Counted from the first letter of the stretch, positions 1 through 19,383 are shown. The stretch: 64,000 nt of DNA from Amoebidium appalachense (GCA_963693365.1 CAVNZM010000011.1:3577098-3641097); one strand, 5' to 3'. Numbers and translations are program-made. Notes: generated by a model from the letters alone, not told the origin.

Positions 1-258
1 AGGGGGGGGGTGAGGGGGGGGGGGGGGGGGGGGGCAGGAGGGATTGGGTGAAAAAAGCCCTGGGTCAGACCACAGAGGCTGCAGTGCCTATGTTGAAACA
101 TTATCAGTGCCCACCAACCCTTTGACAAAGAGCAAACCGATCACCATCGTCTACACAGATACTAAAGAGATGTGTATGTCTGTTTTCTCTTTCTTTCTTT
201 CTTTTTTCTTTCTTTCTTTTCAATCTTTTCTTTCTTTCTTCTTTTCTTTTTATTTTAT

Positions 259-289
<31 letters not shown>

Positions 290-491
290 GGGGGGGATGA
301 TGTTTCGCGGTTAGTCCACAATGTCCAATGGTGATGGTAGTGGTGGTGGTGGTGGTGGTGGTGTGTGTGTGTGCGTCTGTGTGTCTGTGTGTGTGCGTGT
401 GTGTGTGTGCGTGTGTGTGTGTGTGTGTGTATGTGTGTGTGTGAAAGTGTGTGCGTGCGTGCGTGCGCGTGCGCGCGTGCGCGCGTGTGTA

Positions 492-529
<38 letters not shown>

Positions 530-788
530 GGTGTGCGTGCACACGCTCGCCTGTGTGTGTGTGTGGGTGGATGGGTGGGGGGAGGGAGGGGGGGGGGGGG
601 GGAAGGGGGGGGGGGGGGGGGATTTGCTATGTGAGCACGTGTAGTTAGGAACCCACCAGGTGACGCTCCCCCTCCCACCATACCCCTCCACACACACGTG
701 AGGAATCATACCACATACACCGTACCCGAGGGCTCTCCACTCCTCTCCTTATTACAAAAGTATTGCACCTGCAAATAAGTAGACTCAT

Positions 789-1192
789 TTAAAGACTGGT
801 AGATATCCGTTGGATATACGAGCAATGTGCAAAACTGATATAATCGTCCAACTCAACAGGTGGTCTTCGATTCCAGGGGACCTCTGCAGCGGCCAATGGT
901 GGCGGTTGGGGCAGAGAAATCCGTGAAATTTGGATATTTACCGGTAAATGGGCTGCCACAGGCACGTTGGTTTCCGTGTTTTGATCCTTCTTCACTGTAT
1001 TTAGTGCTGTTCCTATCGGCTCGGTTTTCGTATTTTGGTCCGATTTTCCCAGTTTTTGGGAGAGCCCAATGGATGAACCAGGTTATGGCGTGATCTAACT
1101 CAAGTTTTGTTGTTGCTGCCGTTTTTGCTTTTCGTTCAGTAGAGTTGTGGCCGAATACGTCATGTACAGACTTTCTGAACTTCAAGACCCCC
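789..1192 (-). pseudogene. Degenerate tandem duplicate of the last exon of the talin-F3-like gene
   Basis: Clearly homologous to 2950-3346 (KKDQNTETNVPVAAHLPVNIQ.SRISLPQPPPLAAAEV.WNRRPPVELDD). The ccacag acceptor is retained, but an indel gives an early TGA and there is an in-frame TAG. Flanks are also similar (620-790 vs 2795-2950; 1510-1630 vs 3487-3600). Confidence 0.75.
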
Positions 1193-1908
1193 CTGTGGAT
1201 GGGGGAGCACACCGTGTTAGTATTGATGTGGAGGGTAGGGTGGCTGGGTTGGTGGGGGCACGGGGGGGGGGGGGGGGGGGGGGGAGGAAGGGGGGTAATG
1301 ATGTTACTTATCCATGTGTGTTGCATAGTATGTCAGGTGTGTGCAAGTGTAATGGAGGAGGGATGGGGGGGGGGGGGGGGGGGGGGGAGGGGGGGGGGGG
1401 AGCCTCTGAGAGAGAAAGAAAAAGTGTGTGTGCTGCATATCCATCGGCGGGGTGGTGATGGAGGGTCAGGTGGATGGGTGGGTGGAGGGGGGATGGGGGG
1501 AGGTGGGGGTTGCATGATAAGAGGTGTATTTGAGCACACAGGGCCACAAGAGCTTTTGGGTGATTGTGGTTGCTCTATTGGGCACGGATGTATGCACACA
1601 TGAGCACATTATGTGGAAGGATTGGAAAGGGTGTGTGTGTGGGGGGAGGGGGGGGAGGCAGGGGGGAGCGAGAGGCCCTGGGGGAAAGGCTGCTGGGGGG
1701 GAGGACAGTGAAAGGTTGGGATCCTGAGGGTAGGGGGAGGGAGGGAGGGGGGGGGGGGGGGGGGGGGGAGAATCCCCCTGTTTCAGACCCCCAATAAAAC
1801 ACACGATTACCCCCCCCCCCCCCCCCCCCCCTTTATCCCCCCCCCCCCCCCACACCCACACACACAAACACACGCATGCGCGCATGCACGCACACAGGCG
1901 CGCGCGCA

Positions 1909-1988
<80 letters not shown>

Positions 1989-2151
1989 ACACGCTGACAC
2001 CACTACCACCACCATAGCGCTATGCCACCACGAAGTCAACCCCCCCCCCCTCCCCCCCCCGGGCAGCTCCCTGGGGTTTTCATCTCGTCTATCTAAAGCA
2101 CTCTAGTGGCAGTGCAGGTGAAGCGGGGATGTGCATTAAGAATTCAGTAAC

Positions 2152-2182
<31 letters not shown>

Positions 2183-2702
2183 ACCACCACAAAAAAAAAG
2201 TGAATACGATAGCTTCTCTTCTTGTTGTGTTTGTATGTAGGTGTGGATGTGTGTTGGTTGGCCTTGGTTGTTGTTGTTGGGGGCAAGGGGAGGGGGGAGA
2301 GAGGCGGGGTGGGGGGGGGGGGGGGGGGGGGGGAGGGGGCAGCGGTGGTCTTTTCCCCTAACCCAAAGTTGCCAGATGTGGTCCATGTCTTATATGATTT
2401 TGCTCGCAGATGTTGTAAGTGGGAAAGATTCACACAGAAATGCTTATGATTGCCGTTCTATGAGACAAATTTGCATTTTTTTTTTTTTTTTTCCTGCGGT
2501 GAGCGCTAGCCACGTGTACGTGCTCACACGAGTGCCTTACCTTGTTGATATTATTAATAGCTGCAACCCATCTACTCCTAAAGAAATGAAAGTAGAAGGG
2601 AAAAATTTTTTTTATGACACTAAGCTCTGGATAGCAAGGCGTGCCGGGGGGCCACGGAGAGGAGGAAGGGAGGTTTTTTTTTTTTTTTTTTTTTTTGGTG
2701 GT

Positions 2703-2737
<35 letters not shown>

Positions 2738-2983
2738 GGGGGGAGGAGGGGGGGAGGGAGGGAGGGAGGGAGGGGGGGGGGGAGGGGGGGGGGGGGTTGC
2801 TATGGAGCACCCGTACCCTACCCCCCCCTCCCCAACGCACACGCGAGGAAACCTACACCTACACCGCAAGTGCTTTGAGGCCCCATCCCTCTGCTTATTT
2901 ACAAAAGTAGTTTATAAACTACAAATCAATATCATAACAGACTCCAAATTAAACTGGTAGATATCCGTTGGATATACCAATTT

Positions 2984-3431
2984 TCACAAACTGATATTAT
3001 CGTCCAACTCAACGGGGGGTCTTCGATTCCAGGAGACCTCTGCAGCGGCCAATGGTGGCGGTTGGGGCAGAGATATCCGTGAAACTTGGATATTCACCGG
3101 TAAATGGGCTGCCACGGGCACGTTGGTTTCCGTATTTTGATCCTTCTTCACGGTATTTAGCGCCATTCCTACTGGGTCGGGTTTCGTATTTTGATCCAAT
3201 TTTCCCGGATTTTGTGTGGACGTTGTGGAAGAGCCTGACTGTGGCGTAATTTGACTCACGTTTTGTTGTGGCTGCTGTTTTTGCTTTTCTTTGAGTAGAG
3301 TTGTGGCCGAATCCATCAAGAATTTGCGAATTTCGAGGCCCTCCTGTGGGTGGGTGAACACGTAGATTATAAGTATTATTGTGGAATAAAGGGAGGGTGA
3401 ATGGGGTGGGTGGGTGGGTGAATGGGGTTGG

Positions 3432-3466
<35 letters not shown>

Positions 3467-5169
3467 GATGGGGGGGGGGGGGTATGTGCATGATTTGGTG
3501 TGTGTTTGAACACACAGGGCCCTGAGACGTCCAAGCCGTGTGGTTTGCTCTACTGGGCAAGGCTTTAGGCATACACGAGCACAATAATTGCTTTGGAAAG
3601 TGTGTGTGTGTGTGTGTGTGGTGGTGGTAGTTGGGAGGGGGGGGAGGCAAGGGAGGAGAGGGGGAAGGCCGCGGGGGGGAGGGGGGGGGGGGGGGGAAAG
3701 GGGGGGGGGGGGGCGGATGGGGAGGGGCGGAGTTGGGAAGGTAGGGCCGGGTGGTGGTGGTGGTGGGGGGGGGGGGTTGGGGGGGTTGGGAAGGGCCCGG
3801 GTGGCGGGGGGGGGGGGGGGGGGGGGGGAGGGGGGGGGGAGGGGGGGGGGGGGGGGGGGGGGAGGCTGGGTGGTTGTATACATATACGTGTGCATATTAT
3901 AGGTGCATATTTCTGACATTCGTGTGCGCCTGTGTGTCTCTGGTGTGTGCAAGGGCAGGTATGGTGCATAGGGGCTGGGGTATGTGGGTTGCATATGCGC
4001 GGGGGGAGGGGGGGGGGGGGGGAGGGGGGCAGAATGTGTTGTGGAGTAAGAGAGAAGTACACTGCACTCAGGCAAAGGTTTCCGTCTATTGGGTTATATA
4101 TAATGACTTGCAAAAACGAGCACAGAGCAGTGCACATAAAATACACGGGGGGAGGGGGGGGGGGGGGGATTGGGTGGGTGGGTGGGGGGAGGGGGGGGGG
4201 GGGAGCCCAGCATGCTACAGGTAGGCCACTGCTTCTAAACATAACCCACGAATGGCAAAATGAAGACAAAAGGCATACATAAGGATAAAGAACCTAAAGA
4301 ACAAAAGGACAGGGGAAAAAAGCTGTATGTGCAATGTGTGTGGCAATGGGAAAGAAGGGGAGAGGGGAAGGGGGGAAGGGGGGAGGGAATGGGGTGAAAA
4401 AACCCCTGGGTCACAGCATACAGGCTGTAGTGCCTAAGTTGAAGCATTACCGGTGCCGACCAAACGTTTTTGGAGCAAACGAACATCCCCGATTGCACAA
4501 AATAAACAAAATGGGTGATATAAAAGAGGTACAGTAACAGTGTCGGCCCTCGCGTGTTATTCATACATCTCGGATCAGGCCTCAAATTGTTGAATACGCG
4601 AGGTGTCTTTTTATGCGAACGACACTTTATGATCCCTCAAAGTGCAATGATCCCTTCATTAGTAATTACCATAAATCACCGGGTGTCGCGTCCATCTATA
4701 CATGTAGGTATTGGAGAAACTCTAGTCGTCTCACTATAATAACGTGCAGGGCGGGCCGTGACGGAATACACGAATGTATCAATAAGAAGATGTTTTAATG
4801 CGAGAGAGGCTCCTGTCTGAGAGGCCGCTGTCTTTTTTTTTTTTTTTTTTTTGGGGGGGGGGGGGGGGCGAGGGGGGCGGGAGGAGCAGTTACCTGGCAT
4901 GTGATTAGAGAAGCAGAAAAGAAGCAATATTTTCTGGACAGCTAATTCAAACCAGGCGATATGAGAGGTTCCGGATAAAAGCATTTTGAAACAAAACCTG
5001 TGGTTCTTCCCTAAAAAGAAACCAACTCCATTCGCCAGCCAATCACATACCTCTGTGTACACGACGTATGGTTCTTTTAAGACGTTCGGTACGGTGATGC
5101 GCACCTGACCGGATGAGAGGGTCCAGCCACTAATCTGGTGTGTGTGTGTGTGTGTGTGTGTGTGTGCAC

Positions 5170-5231
<62 letters not shown>

Positions 5232-7319
5232 ATGTGTGCATGTGTGCGTGTGTGTGTGTGCGTTTGTGTGCGTGTTTTGTGAGTGTGTGTGTGTCTGCGT
5301 ATCTGTCTGTATGCGTGCGGTGTGTGTGTGTGTGTGTACCATGCGGCTGTGTGTGAGTTCGGTATATATGTGCCTTTGCAGAGACACATTTCAATAATCC
5401 CCCCCCCCCTCCCCCCTACGTGCACACCCACAAAAATAAAAAATAAAAAATCCGGAGTACAATAATTTTTTTAAAAAACCCTGGGCCAACACAACGTGCA
5501 CAACAACACAGAACAGATGACTCAAAGACGATGTTATACTACGGAAGAATTAGTGTGTGTTGAACGAGATATGGCAACAATGAAGAGACTAGGAATCGAA
5601 TAAATGGTTTTAAAGTTTACCCAGAGTGTCACATTTGCACATTCCCTAAAACAACAAAGACTCCTTACCCCCCCCCCCCCCCCCCCCCCCCCCAAATTCC
5701 CCCACCATTCGAGATCTCCTTCCGACATTTCCCAACTACCTTCAAAACTAGCCCGCACCTTGCCCCCCCCCCCCCCCCCTCCCCCCCCCCCCCCCCCCCC
5801 CTCCCCCTCCCCCCCCCCCCCCCCCCCCCTCTCCCCCCCCTCACCCCTCCTCTCCTCCCCCCCCCCCCAAAAAAAAAAAAAAAAACCAAAAAAAACAAAA
5901 AAACAAAAAACAAAACAAAAACAAACCACCACCACCGCCACCATGACACGTGCACATACGGCACGCCACTCAACCACCAGTCTTGCACCACTATGGTAAG
6001 TCACCGTGCATTTGCATAGCGTCCGGTATGAAGGAACAACGGTTTTGTGCCTTTGCGAACGGAAAATGGTTTCATAGCACATGGTCATGAAGGTGTGGTT
6101 TGGAAGGTGCGGTGATGTACATGTACGCACGTCGATGTGTGTCAGTCTTTTTTTTATAGTGGATTTTATTTCGTGTGTCAGTCAGAGTGAGTGTGGGAGT
6201 CCATGTAGATGGGCTGCTTTGCCATGCAGATATTTGTACACGGATGCGGCTGCACATATGCATGTGCGTGTATACGTGTGTTTTTGTGTGCACATGTGTG
6301 TTTGTGCGTGCGTGTGCGAGTGCGTGTGTGTGTGTGCGCCTGCGTATATGTGTATGTGTGTTTTGTGTGTGTAAACGTGAGTGTGTGTATGTGCGTATAA
6401 TCATACGTGTGTGTGTGCTTGTGCTCGTGGCCGTGTGTGCGTCCTGCGTGTGTGTGTATGTAGTGTGTGTTGTGTGGTTGTGACTATGCTATGTGTGTGT
6501 AGGTGTGCCGGGGGGGGGGGGGGGGGGGGGAGGGAGGGGGGGGGAAGGGGGGGGGGGGGGGAGGGGAGAGGGGGGAGGGGGGGGGGCTCATACTCGTTCC
6601 AGCGGCCACGTGCTTAAAACTTCGGAAGACCCCGGATCCACTCTACGAACACCCTCGGTCGATATCAACAGCAACATAGTCTGTGTAGCCGCCTTTCCTT
6701 TATCCTTGTCCTTCTCCTTCTCTTTTTGGCTCACAGATCCTAATGTTGGTGATGAGGTACCATTTGCAGGAATGGTGCTTCTAATGGCCTCCCTCACAAC
6801 AAACATCTGCCACCCCCCCGGTGGGTTTGTCTGCCCGTTGAGAGCGCTGTGATGACTCTGTGTGCTGTGTGTGCTTTCGTTGCTTTCTCTTCTCACCTCC
6901 TTGAAACTAATCACAGGTACAGATGTGGATCTGAACATTGCAGTCTCGTCTCGTTCCAACGACACAGATTCGAAAGTCGTGTCCTGTTCGATTTCCAAGC
7001 GTGATTGAAACAACGATGATTTCAATGTGCCGCGTGTGTTTTTCCTTAGCGTCGCCCTTCGTAATGTTTCGGGGGAGGGTGAGTGTGCTGGGCTTGCATT
7101 TGGTGATTGTTCAGGTGAATTATTTTCTGATGGGGTTTGGGAGGATGTTACACCCGGGGAACCCCTGCGTGCGTGTATGGGTGAAGGGGGTCCTGAGCGG
7201 TTGGAAAGGGAGCGTGCACGCGAATTGGTCTCCTCGCGGGATAAAATGTGTGTGTGCGCGTGTGTAAGTGAGGCCCGCGGGGGGGAATCGGTTGATGCTT
7301 TGCTTCGTTTCGAGAACAT
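2984..7319 (-). CDS. Talin F3 / FERM-C (PTB-like) domain protein with disordered Ser/Pro-rich flanks, 3 exons (7319-6594, 5134-5051, 3343-2984), about 389 aa
   Basis: Two phase-0 GT-AG joins give TQTMLLLISTEGVRRVDPGSSEVLSTWPLER|ISGWTLSSGQVRITVPNVLKEPYVVYTE|EGLEIRKFLMDSATTLLKEK. By eye this aligns with the talin F3 subdomain (LLGI...V.RVD....EV...W.L..I..W.......Y.V.T.EGE.I..L). Confidence 0.75.
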
Positions 7320-8005
7320 GGTGATGTGTGGTGGGCTATTGTGACCACTAACACGAGTCTCGTCGAGTTGCCGATGGGTTGCTTCGGTTGGTTTTATAAA
7401 GGATGTTGAAAACCCATAAAACCGTGAATAATGGTGGTCAAATGTAAAGACCTTAAAAAAAGAATAAAAGCAAACAAGTTAACTCTTATAGTTGTCTGGT
7501 AGGCTGTTGTTTTCACCTTCTTGTGGGATGCTCTTGAAGTTGCGGGTTCACAGTAAAGTTTGGTGCAAGGGTTATCAGGGTTTGAACTGGAAGTATCCCT
7601 ACTTGCCAAGTTGAAGGTCTCCACACAACATGTACATTTGTACATGTACAGATGGTTTTGGGTCGTGGTTGGCCTACATGGCTTACACATCCTCGCATTT
7701 ATGATTTACGTGGTTACTAAATTTTTGAATATACAGAAACCCGTCTATAGCCGTCAGGTTTCCACGCATAGGTATACATGTATTTACATACGATACGTAT
7801 GTAGGCTGATTAAAGTTTCAAACCCTTGAAGCTTTCTCAATCATGATTGGAGCACTTGCCCTCGATTAATTGATTGGTCTAGAGTGCATCATGACGACAT
7901 CCTATGACTCATACCGGTGTTTTTTTTGTTTTTATTTATTTATTTATTTTATTCATTTGTTTATTTATTTATTTACTTTGTGTGTGTGTGTGTGTGTGTG
8001 TGGGG

Positions 8006-8047
<42 letters not shown>

Positions 8048-8099
8048 TTGAACGGCGTGCACGTGTGAGCATGTGTGTGGAAGCACGTCAACAAAGTTG

Positions 8100-8299
8100 G
8101 CCCAGGTGCAGCGATGGTATTCCGCAAGCGCCGTGCATGTACTCGTGCTTGTAGGCTATGATATGTCGACAGTCGTGCCAACTCTTGCAGCAGAGGATCC
8201 GCAAGAGCACTATCACAGAGACACCAAACGTCTAGAGGGAATTTGTGGTGGGGTAGTGGGGTGGTGTGTATTTGTGTGGTGGTTGTGGTGGTGGGGCCC

Positions 8300-8338
<39 letters not shown>

Positions 8339-8495
8339 GGGTTCGAGAGAGAGAGAGAGAGATCTAGAGAGCGAGAGAGATCTGGGGAGATCAAGAGAGA
8401 TCTACAGAGAGGGGGGGGGGGGGGGGGGGGGGGGTAGGGGGGGAGAGGGGGTAGGGGGGGCGGGGAGAGAGAGAGAGAGGGAGGGAGGGAGGGGG

Positions 8496-8527
<32 letters not shown>

Positions 8528-9290
8528 TCTGAGAGGAGAGAGAGGGAGGGAGGGGGGGGAGATAGAGAGAGAGGAGAGAGTGATTAAGAGGGGGGGAAGG
8601 GGGCGGAAGGAGAGAGATAAAGCTTATCGGATAGAGATCTACATGTATACAAGAGGGACGGGACGGGTGGGGGGGGGTGGGGGAGGGGGAAGGGGGGGAG
8701 TCTCACAGAGAGAGACTCTCACGGAGAGAATTCTTAAATAGAGGGACAGAGGGAGATTCTGAGAGACTCCTAGAGAGAGAGAGAGAGAGGAATGAGAGCG
8801 GGAGACAGAGGTGCACGTGGGCAGGTTGGGACACACATATGCCATGGGTGGGTAACAGTGGTGGTGCGGGTGGGGGTGGGGACAGCCTGCTGAATGCATC
8901 ATCGGCATTGGGCCATGCGCACACGGTTGTTGCGCACTTGGCGGAATGCGTGCAGTCGGGATCGTGGGTGTACAGGTGTTGCGCACTTGGCGGAATGCGT
9001 GCAGTCGGAATCGTGGGTGTACATATTATTTGCATGCACCGTGCAAAAGTGGTAATTGTTGTCATGTGTGGACTGAGCTGATGTTGGTTTCTTCTTGGTT
9101 TTTCCATACGTTCGGGCATCACAACTCTCATTACACTCATTGCCAGTACTGATGTCACTCGTATTTACTAGGTGCCACCTCGCTTCCTGTCCAAACCCAA
9201 TGCATAAGAAGCATATACATGAAAACGTTCAATTGGATCATTCCAAAACTATTTGCCAGCATACCGGGTAATGTCCTCATGTCATCCATG
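8100..9290 (-). other. Possible small gene or gene fragments, unresolved
   Basis: Two islands of unique, non-repetitive sequence (about 8100-8235 and 8815-9290) with plausible peptides such as ALADPLLQELARLSTYHSLQARV. I could not build a consistent model or recognise a domain. Confidence 0.25.
8928..9023. repeat. 49-bp tandem duplication (2 near-identical copies)
   Basis: tgttgcgcacttggcggaatgcgtgcagtcgg(g/a)atcgtgggtgtaca starts at 8928 and again at 8977. Confidence 0.9.
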
Positions 9291-9380
9291 CTAAAAGGTC
9301 GATTCGCGGCCTAAAACACAACAAAACAAAACAAACAAACAAAAAATCGCGGGAGGAGGAAAGAGAGAGGGAGATGGGAG

Positions 9381-9422
<42 letters not shown>

Positions 9423-9694
9423 GGGGGGGGAGAAAAGGGAAAGAAAGGAAGAGAAGCTATGAAAGCAAGGAAAGATCAAGAAAAATAAAAGACAGAAAGG
9501 ATAAAAAAAGGTTTAACCTAAAAAAATGGATGGTTCAATGATTTTAAACCAGATCATCTACCGCCCCGCCAATCTGTTACGCCAAATTACTCGCAATGTT
9601 GATACACAATTGCAAAGCTATACTAACTACCACCACAGCTACATTAAAAAGGATCTGTAAGAGCCAGAATAAAAAGCAAAATCACTTTCCTAGT

Positions 9695-11521
9695 CTAAGA
9701 CACCAAATTCTTGATCGTTACAGACATTCCTCGCAATCTTCCCTTCTTTGGGCTGGCTGGGGGGGTCGATGCTGGGGCTTCGAGGGTGGTGTTTTTCTCG
9801 CTTTCCTGCAAATTTGCCACCCCGGAGGTCTCCCTACTCAAACTTTCCTTCTGTGTGGTGGTTGGCATTTTTGGTGCAGCCTCCCCACCGGTATTTTCGG
9901 GTGAACCGAAATCTGGGGCAAGGGGGGTCCTTTGTGTTGCTACATTGGATGCTGTGCTTGAGGATGACGACAATGGGCTGCTCTGGGGGACACCATAATC
10001 GGCGAATTTCACCGCCCGCGTTGAAAATTCCCTGGGTGGGGCTGACGGACTTTCGCATGTTTTTACGTCTTCGGGGGGCTTAATATCACCGGGTGGGGGT
10101 GGGGGTCCTTTCTTCAACCCGAAAGTAACAGACATGCCTCTCAGGCGGCCCTTGCGAGGGGATTCGCTTTGTAGGACGCTCTGCACGGGTTTGTTGACTG
10201 CTAGGGGGGACCCGGGGCTATCATTCTGTTTTCCTATTATGGTTCCTTCCACTGGTTCCTGATTGGACGAGGCGTTACTCTGGCCGTTTTGATTGGTTGT
10301 TGCGTCGTCGGATATAGTCTGCCAACTAACGGCACTAGTTGCATTGGAGTCACCCGAGGCATCACTCACAGAATCCGGGGCAGGGATGAGCATGCTGCGT
10401 GGGCGTGCAGTAGAAATGGGTGTACTCGATGCACCCGAAGAGTTAACGGTTGCGGATGGGGGTGAAAATGCCGACATATCCGGTTTCGGGGGGGTTTTTG
10501 AGTTGAACCCCAGCGACAAAGTCGCGCTTCTTTGACGCCTCCCAGGGGGGGTCTTTGACGCCTGCTGCTCCGAAATTACTGGTGAGGCCCCACTACTGGT
10601 AGCACCCCCACCTTCCCCGTTTCCGCCCTGTGCGCTCATTTTTATGAGCGCCTGCCTCCGTGCCTCCGCCTCCACTTTAAGATCTCCCATCGTCCTCCGC
10701 ACCCGATCGAGCTCCGAATTCGATTTTCTTAATGCTGCGTCCCTGTCTTCGCACTCTTTCTTCCACGCCTCCAACTGCATTTGCAAATTCCGGACCAAAT
10801 CCCGGGAGGCGACGTTTTCAGAGTTGACGGTGTCTAGCATGTCTATCATCTCTGCCCTCCATGTAGTCATGGCATTTGCCTGGAGTATGAACCTTCGGCA
10901 CTGTGCCTCCAATTTTTCGATTTTCGCATCTTTTTCGTTGTTGTTCTCTTTCAATACTTCAATCTCCTTCCTCAACTTCTCGTTTTCAACACATCGATCA
11001 CATCCTGCTACCCCAGGCCCGTTATTTTCATCCTCGCTCGTTTCTGTTTCCTCGCTAGTATCTAGGACCCTCCCGACACTCACCCGCCGCACTCTGCTCT
11101 TCGGCCCCCGGTTAGGTCTAATCTCGCCCCCCATGTCAATAACATCACATGGCCCGTCTTCCTGTGTGCTTTCCTCCTCACTCTCAACGAACTTCACTCC
11201 TTTTTGCCTTCTCCTCCGCTCGTTTCCCTCCCCGTCGGACTCATATTCCTGTTCGTCGCGTAATGTTTTGAGCGCAGAGGGAAGGGATCGTGCAGGTACA
11301 CTAGCAATACGCCTAACATTAGTATGAGGGTCAATTAGTAAATCTTGTGGAAGGTGATGTGGCGGAGAAGGAGGATTGATCAGGGGAATCTGGGAATTTG
11401 ATGCAGGCATTAGTGAGTTGTTTCCACTTGTTACGTTGCTCCCTATTTGCTCAAATGTTTTTATGCGTTCCCATATAGCACTACTTCCTCCGCGTTGTGC
11501 GGAGTTCGCTCGTTGTGGCAT
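9695..11521 (-). CDS. Intronless 608-aa coiled-coil / disordered scaffold protein
   Basis: Long microsatellite-free ORF with a central coiled coil (ENEKLRKEIEVLKE...EAEARRQAL), RVxF-like motifs KGVKF and RAVKF, and KGRLRGMSVT repeated twice. Confidence 0.85.
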   Translation of the reverse strand: MPQRANSAQRGGSSAIWERIKTFEQIGSNVTSGNNSLMPASNSQIPLINPPSPPHHLPQDLLIDPHTNVRRIASVPARSLPSALKTLRDEQEYESDGEGNERRRRQKGVKFVESEEESTQEDGPCDVIDMGGEIRPNRGPKSRVRRVSVGRVLDTSEETETSEDENNGPGVAGCDRCVENEKLRKEIEVLKENNNEKDAKIEKLEAQCRRFILQANAMTTWRAEMIDMLDTVNSENVASRDLVRNLQMQLEAWKKECEDRDAALRKSNSELDRVRRTMGDLKVEAEARRQALIKMSAQGGNGEGGGATSSGASPVISEQQASKTPPGRRQRSATLSLGFNSKTPPKPDMSAFSPPSATVNSSGASSTPISTARPRSMLIPAPDSVSDASGDSNATSAVSWQTISDDATTNQNGQSNASSNQEPVEGTIIGKQNDSPGSPLAVNKPVQSVLQSESPRKGRLRGMSVTFGLKKGPPPPPGDIKPPEDVKTCESPSAPPREFSTRAVKFADYGVPQSSPLSSSSSTASNVATQRTPLAPDFGSPENTGGEAAPKMPTTTQKESLSRETSGVANLQESEKNTTLEAPASTPPASPKKGRLRGMSVTIKNLVS

Positions 11522-12729
11522 TGTTGCTCTTCAAAGCGAGCCACTAGTGCTCTTAAGCCGAGAATACGATATGGTGTGTGACTCACAAGATAGATTTTAT
11601 AAAGTTTGGTGATAGTGCAAAGGTACTAGACGGCATCATCGGATGTTTTTTGTGCATGCCAGCGCTAGCTACTCAATAACGGAACGTGCATGAAGCGGGT
11701 TCCGTCCCACTCGGTCTCCAGGTGTTATCACCAGCGTTTGCCTCATAACAGTTTAGGACGTGATCATTGCAAGGGACTGGTATAAGCCCATCCTTGATGA
11801 CATGAAAATAGCGTCTTGTATTCAAGGCCCTAGCTTGTACTGTTGAAGAAAAACCCGAACACCAGGCAAGCACATCGCACACACACACACAGACACAACT
11901 CAATATATTCCGTTATTTCAAAAGGTGACTGCTTCAAAAACGTCGGCGCTGCCAGCTCGAGGCTTGCTTGACATGTGCAGTACCGACGCTGAATTCTCTG
12001 GCTATTTTAAACTATTTGCTAAAAAGATTAAAATCTAACATTGCCCCAGCTAAACAAGGCTTTGTTATATAACAATTTTAAATATTGTAAAATCACGCAA
12101 TCGTAACGACTCGCCCTGGTGCGCGATGAGCCACTCCGCTTGAGCTTGTACTTAGCCGCGGCTGATTGGTTCACACGTAACTGCTGCAAATGTCGGCACG
12201 TGAGACCAAACGTGCTGAAAAAGCACAATTTGAAAAGGAAACAAAACAAAACAAACAAAAAACATAGAAAAATAACGCACACACATCTTTTGATGATCAG
12301 GTCATTTATTCAGTAGGTATACACACATGTTAATGTACAGTATGCATTTACCACCGCCTATCTAGCTAGTTAGTTTGTAGAATAAGAGATTTACATACGA
12401 GTTCGAAAATCCACCAACACTTAACACAGAACAGTCCGAAAACCTCTCTCGACATCATAGCAAGGAGAGAGAGACAGAATAAATAAATCAGACTGGTGAA
12501 AAGAAAAACTCGAAGTCTTCTGAGATTATTATAGGTCCGACTCAATCTAATGGTACATCTATAGTATTTACCAAAGACCACACCGTGAAAACGCAACAAA
12601 ACATGAAGCGGTAGCAAGCATTATTGAAATTTACCAATAGAAACACCTAATATTTGTGAGAGGCCGAGCAGGTTTTAGACATTTTGCTTTACAACATTCA
12701 TAATCGGGGGATAATATATAATAGAAGAA

Positions 12730-12769
<40 letters not shown>

Positions 12770-12931
12770 TATGGTGTGTGTGTGGCGCATGCAGGAGCGC
12801 TTGTGGGTGCAGGTGTGTGCAATATCACTCAGTCCAATATCTTGTATGCAGTGTGCTAACATACGTACGTGCATATCCTACCACCCACCACTTCCTAATA
12901 TAGTGAACATATCACTTCCTAATCTCACTTC

Positions 12932-18813
<5,882 letters not shown>

Positions 18814-19383
18814 GGAAGGAAACTGCGAGAGTGTATGGGGATGGGATAGGAGGAAAATCAGGGAGAAAGGAATCGAGGGGGGGGGGGGGGGGGGAGGGGG
18901 GGGGGGGGAGGGGGGGAAGGGGGGAAGGGGGGAGAGTCGAAGCTCGTGGGGGCAGCAGAGAGTGGTCAAGAGAGAGAGCGAGCCAGGGGGGGGGGGGGGG
19001 GGGGGGGGGGTCTGAGAGAGAGGGAGGAGGGGGTGGGAGGGAGGGGGGAGAGAGAGAGACACGGGGGGGAGGGGGGAGGGGAGTGAGAGATGGTCAGTAA
19101 GAGAGGGGGGGGGGGGGGGGTAGCGAGAAAGCAATACAGATGGATTAAGAGAGAGAGAGTGAGAGAATGTGAGCGAGAGAGCGAGAGAGAGTGATCAAGA
19201 GGGAGAGGGTGGAGGAGGGGGAAGAGGAGGGGGGGGGGCGAGCGAGAAAAGATAGATGGAGAGAGAGGGAGAGGGACAGGGGGGGGGGGGGGGGAGGGGG
19301 AGAAAGAGAGAGATGCAGAGGGAGGAGTAGAGAAAAAGAGAGGGGAGATAGAAAGAGAGGGAGAGAGAGAAGGGGGGGGGGGG

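Noticed and set aside
853-3650. Alternative frame (FGHNST.RKAKTAATTK...) open in both duplicate copies
   Set aside because: Substitutions between the copies are mostly non-synonymous in this frame, and it is out of phase with the upstream exon.
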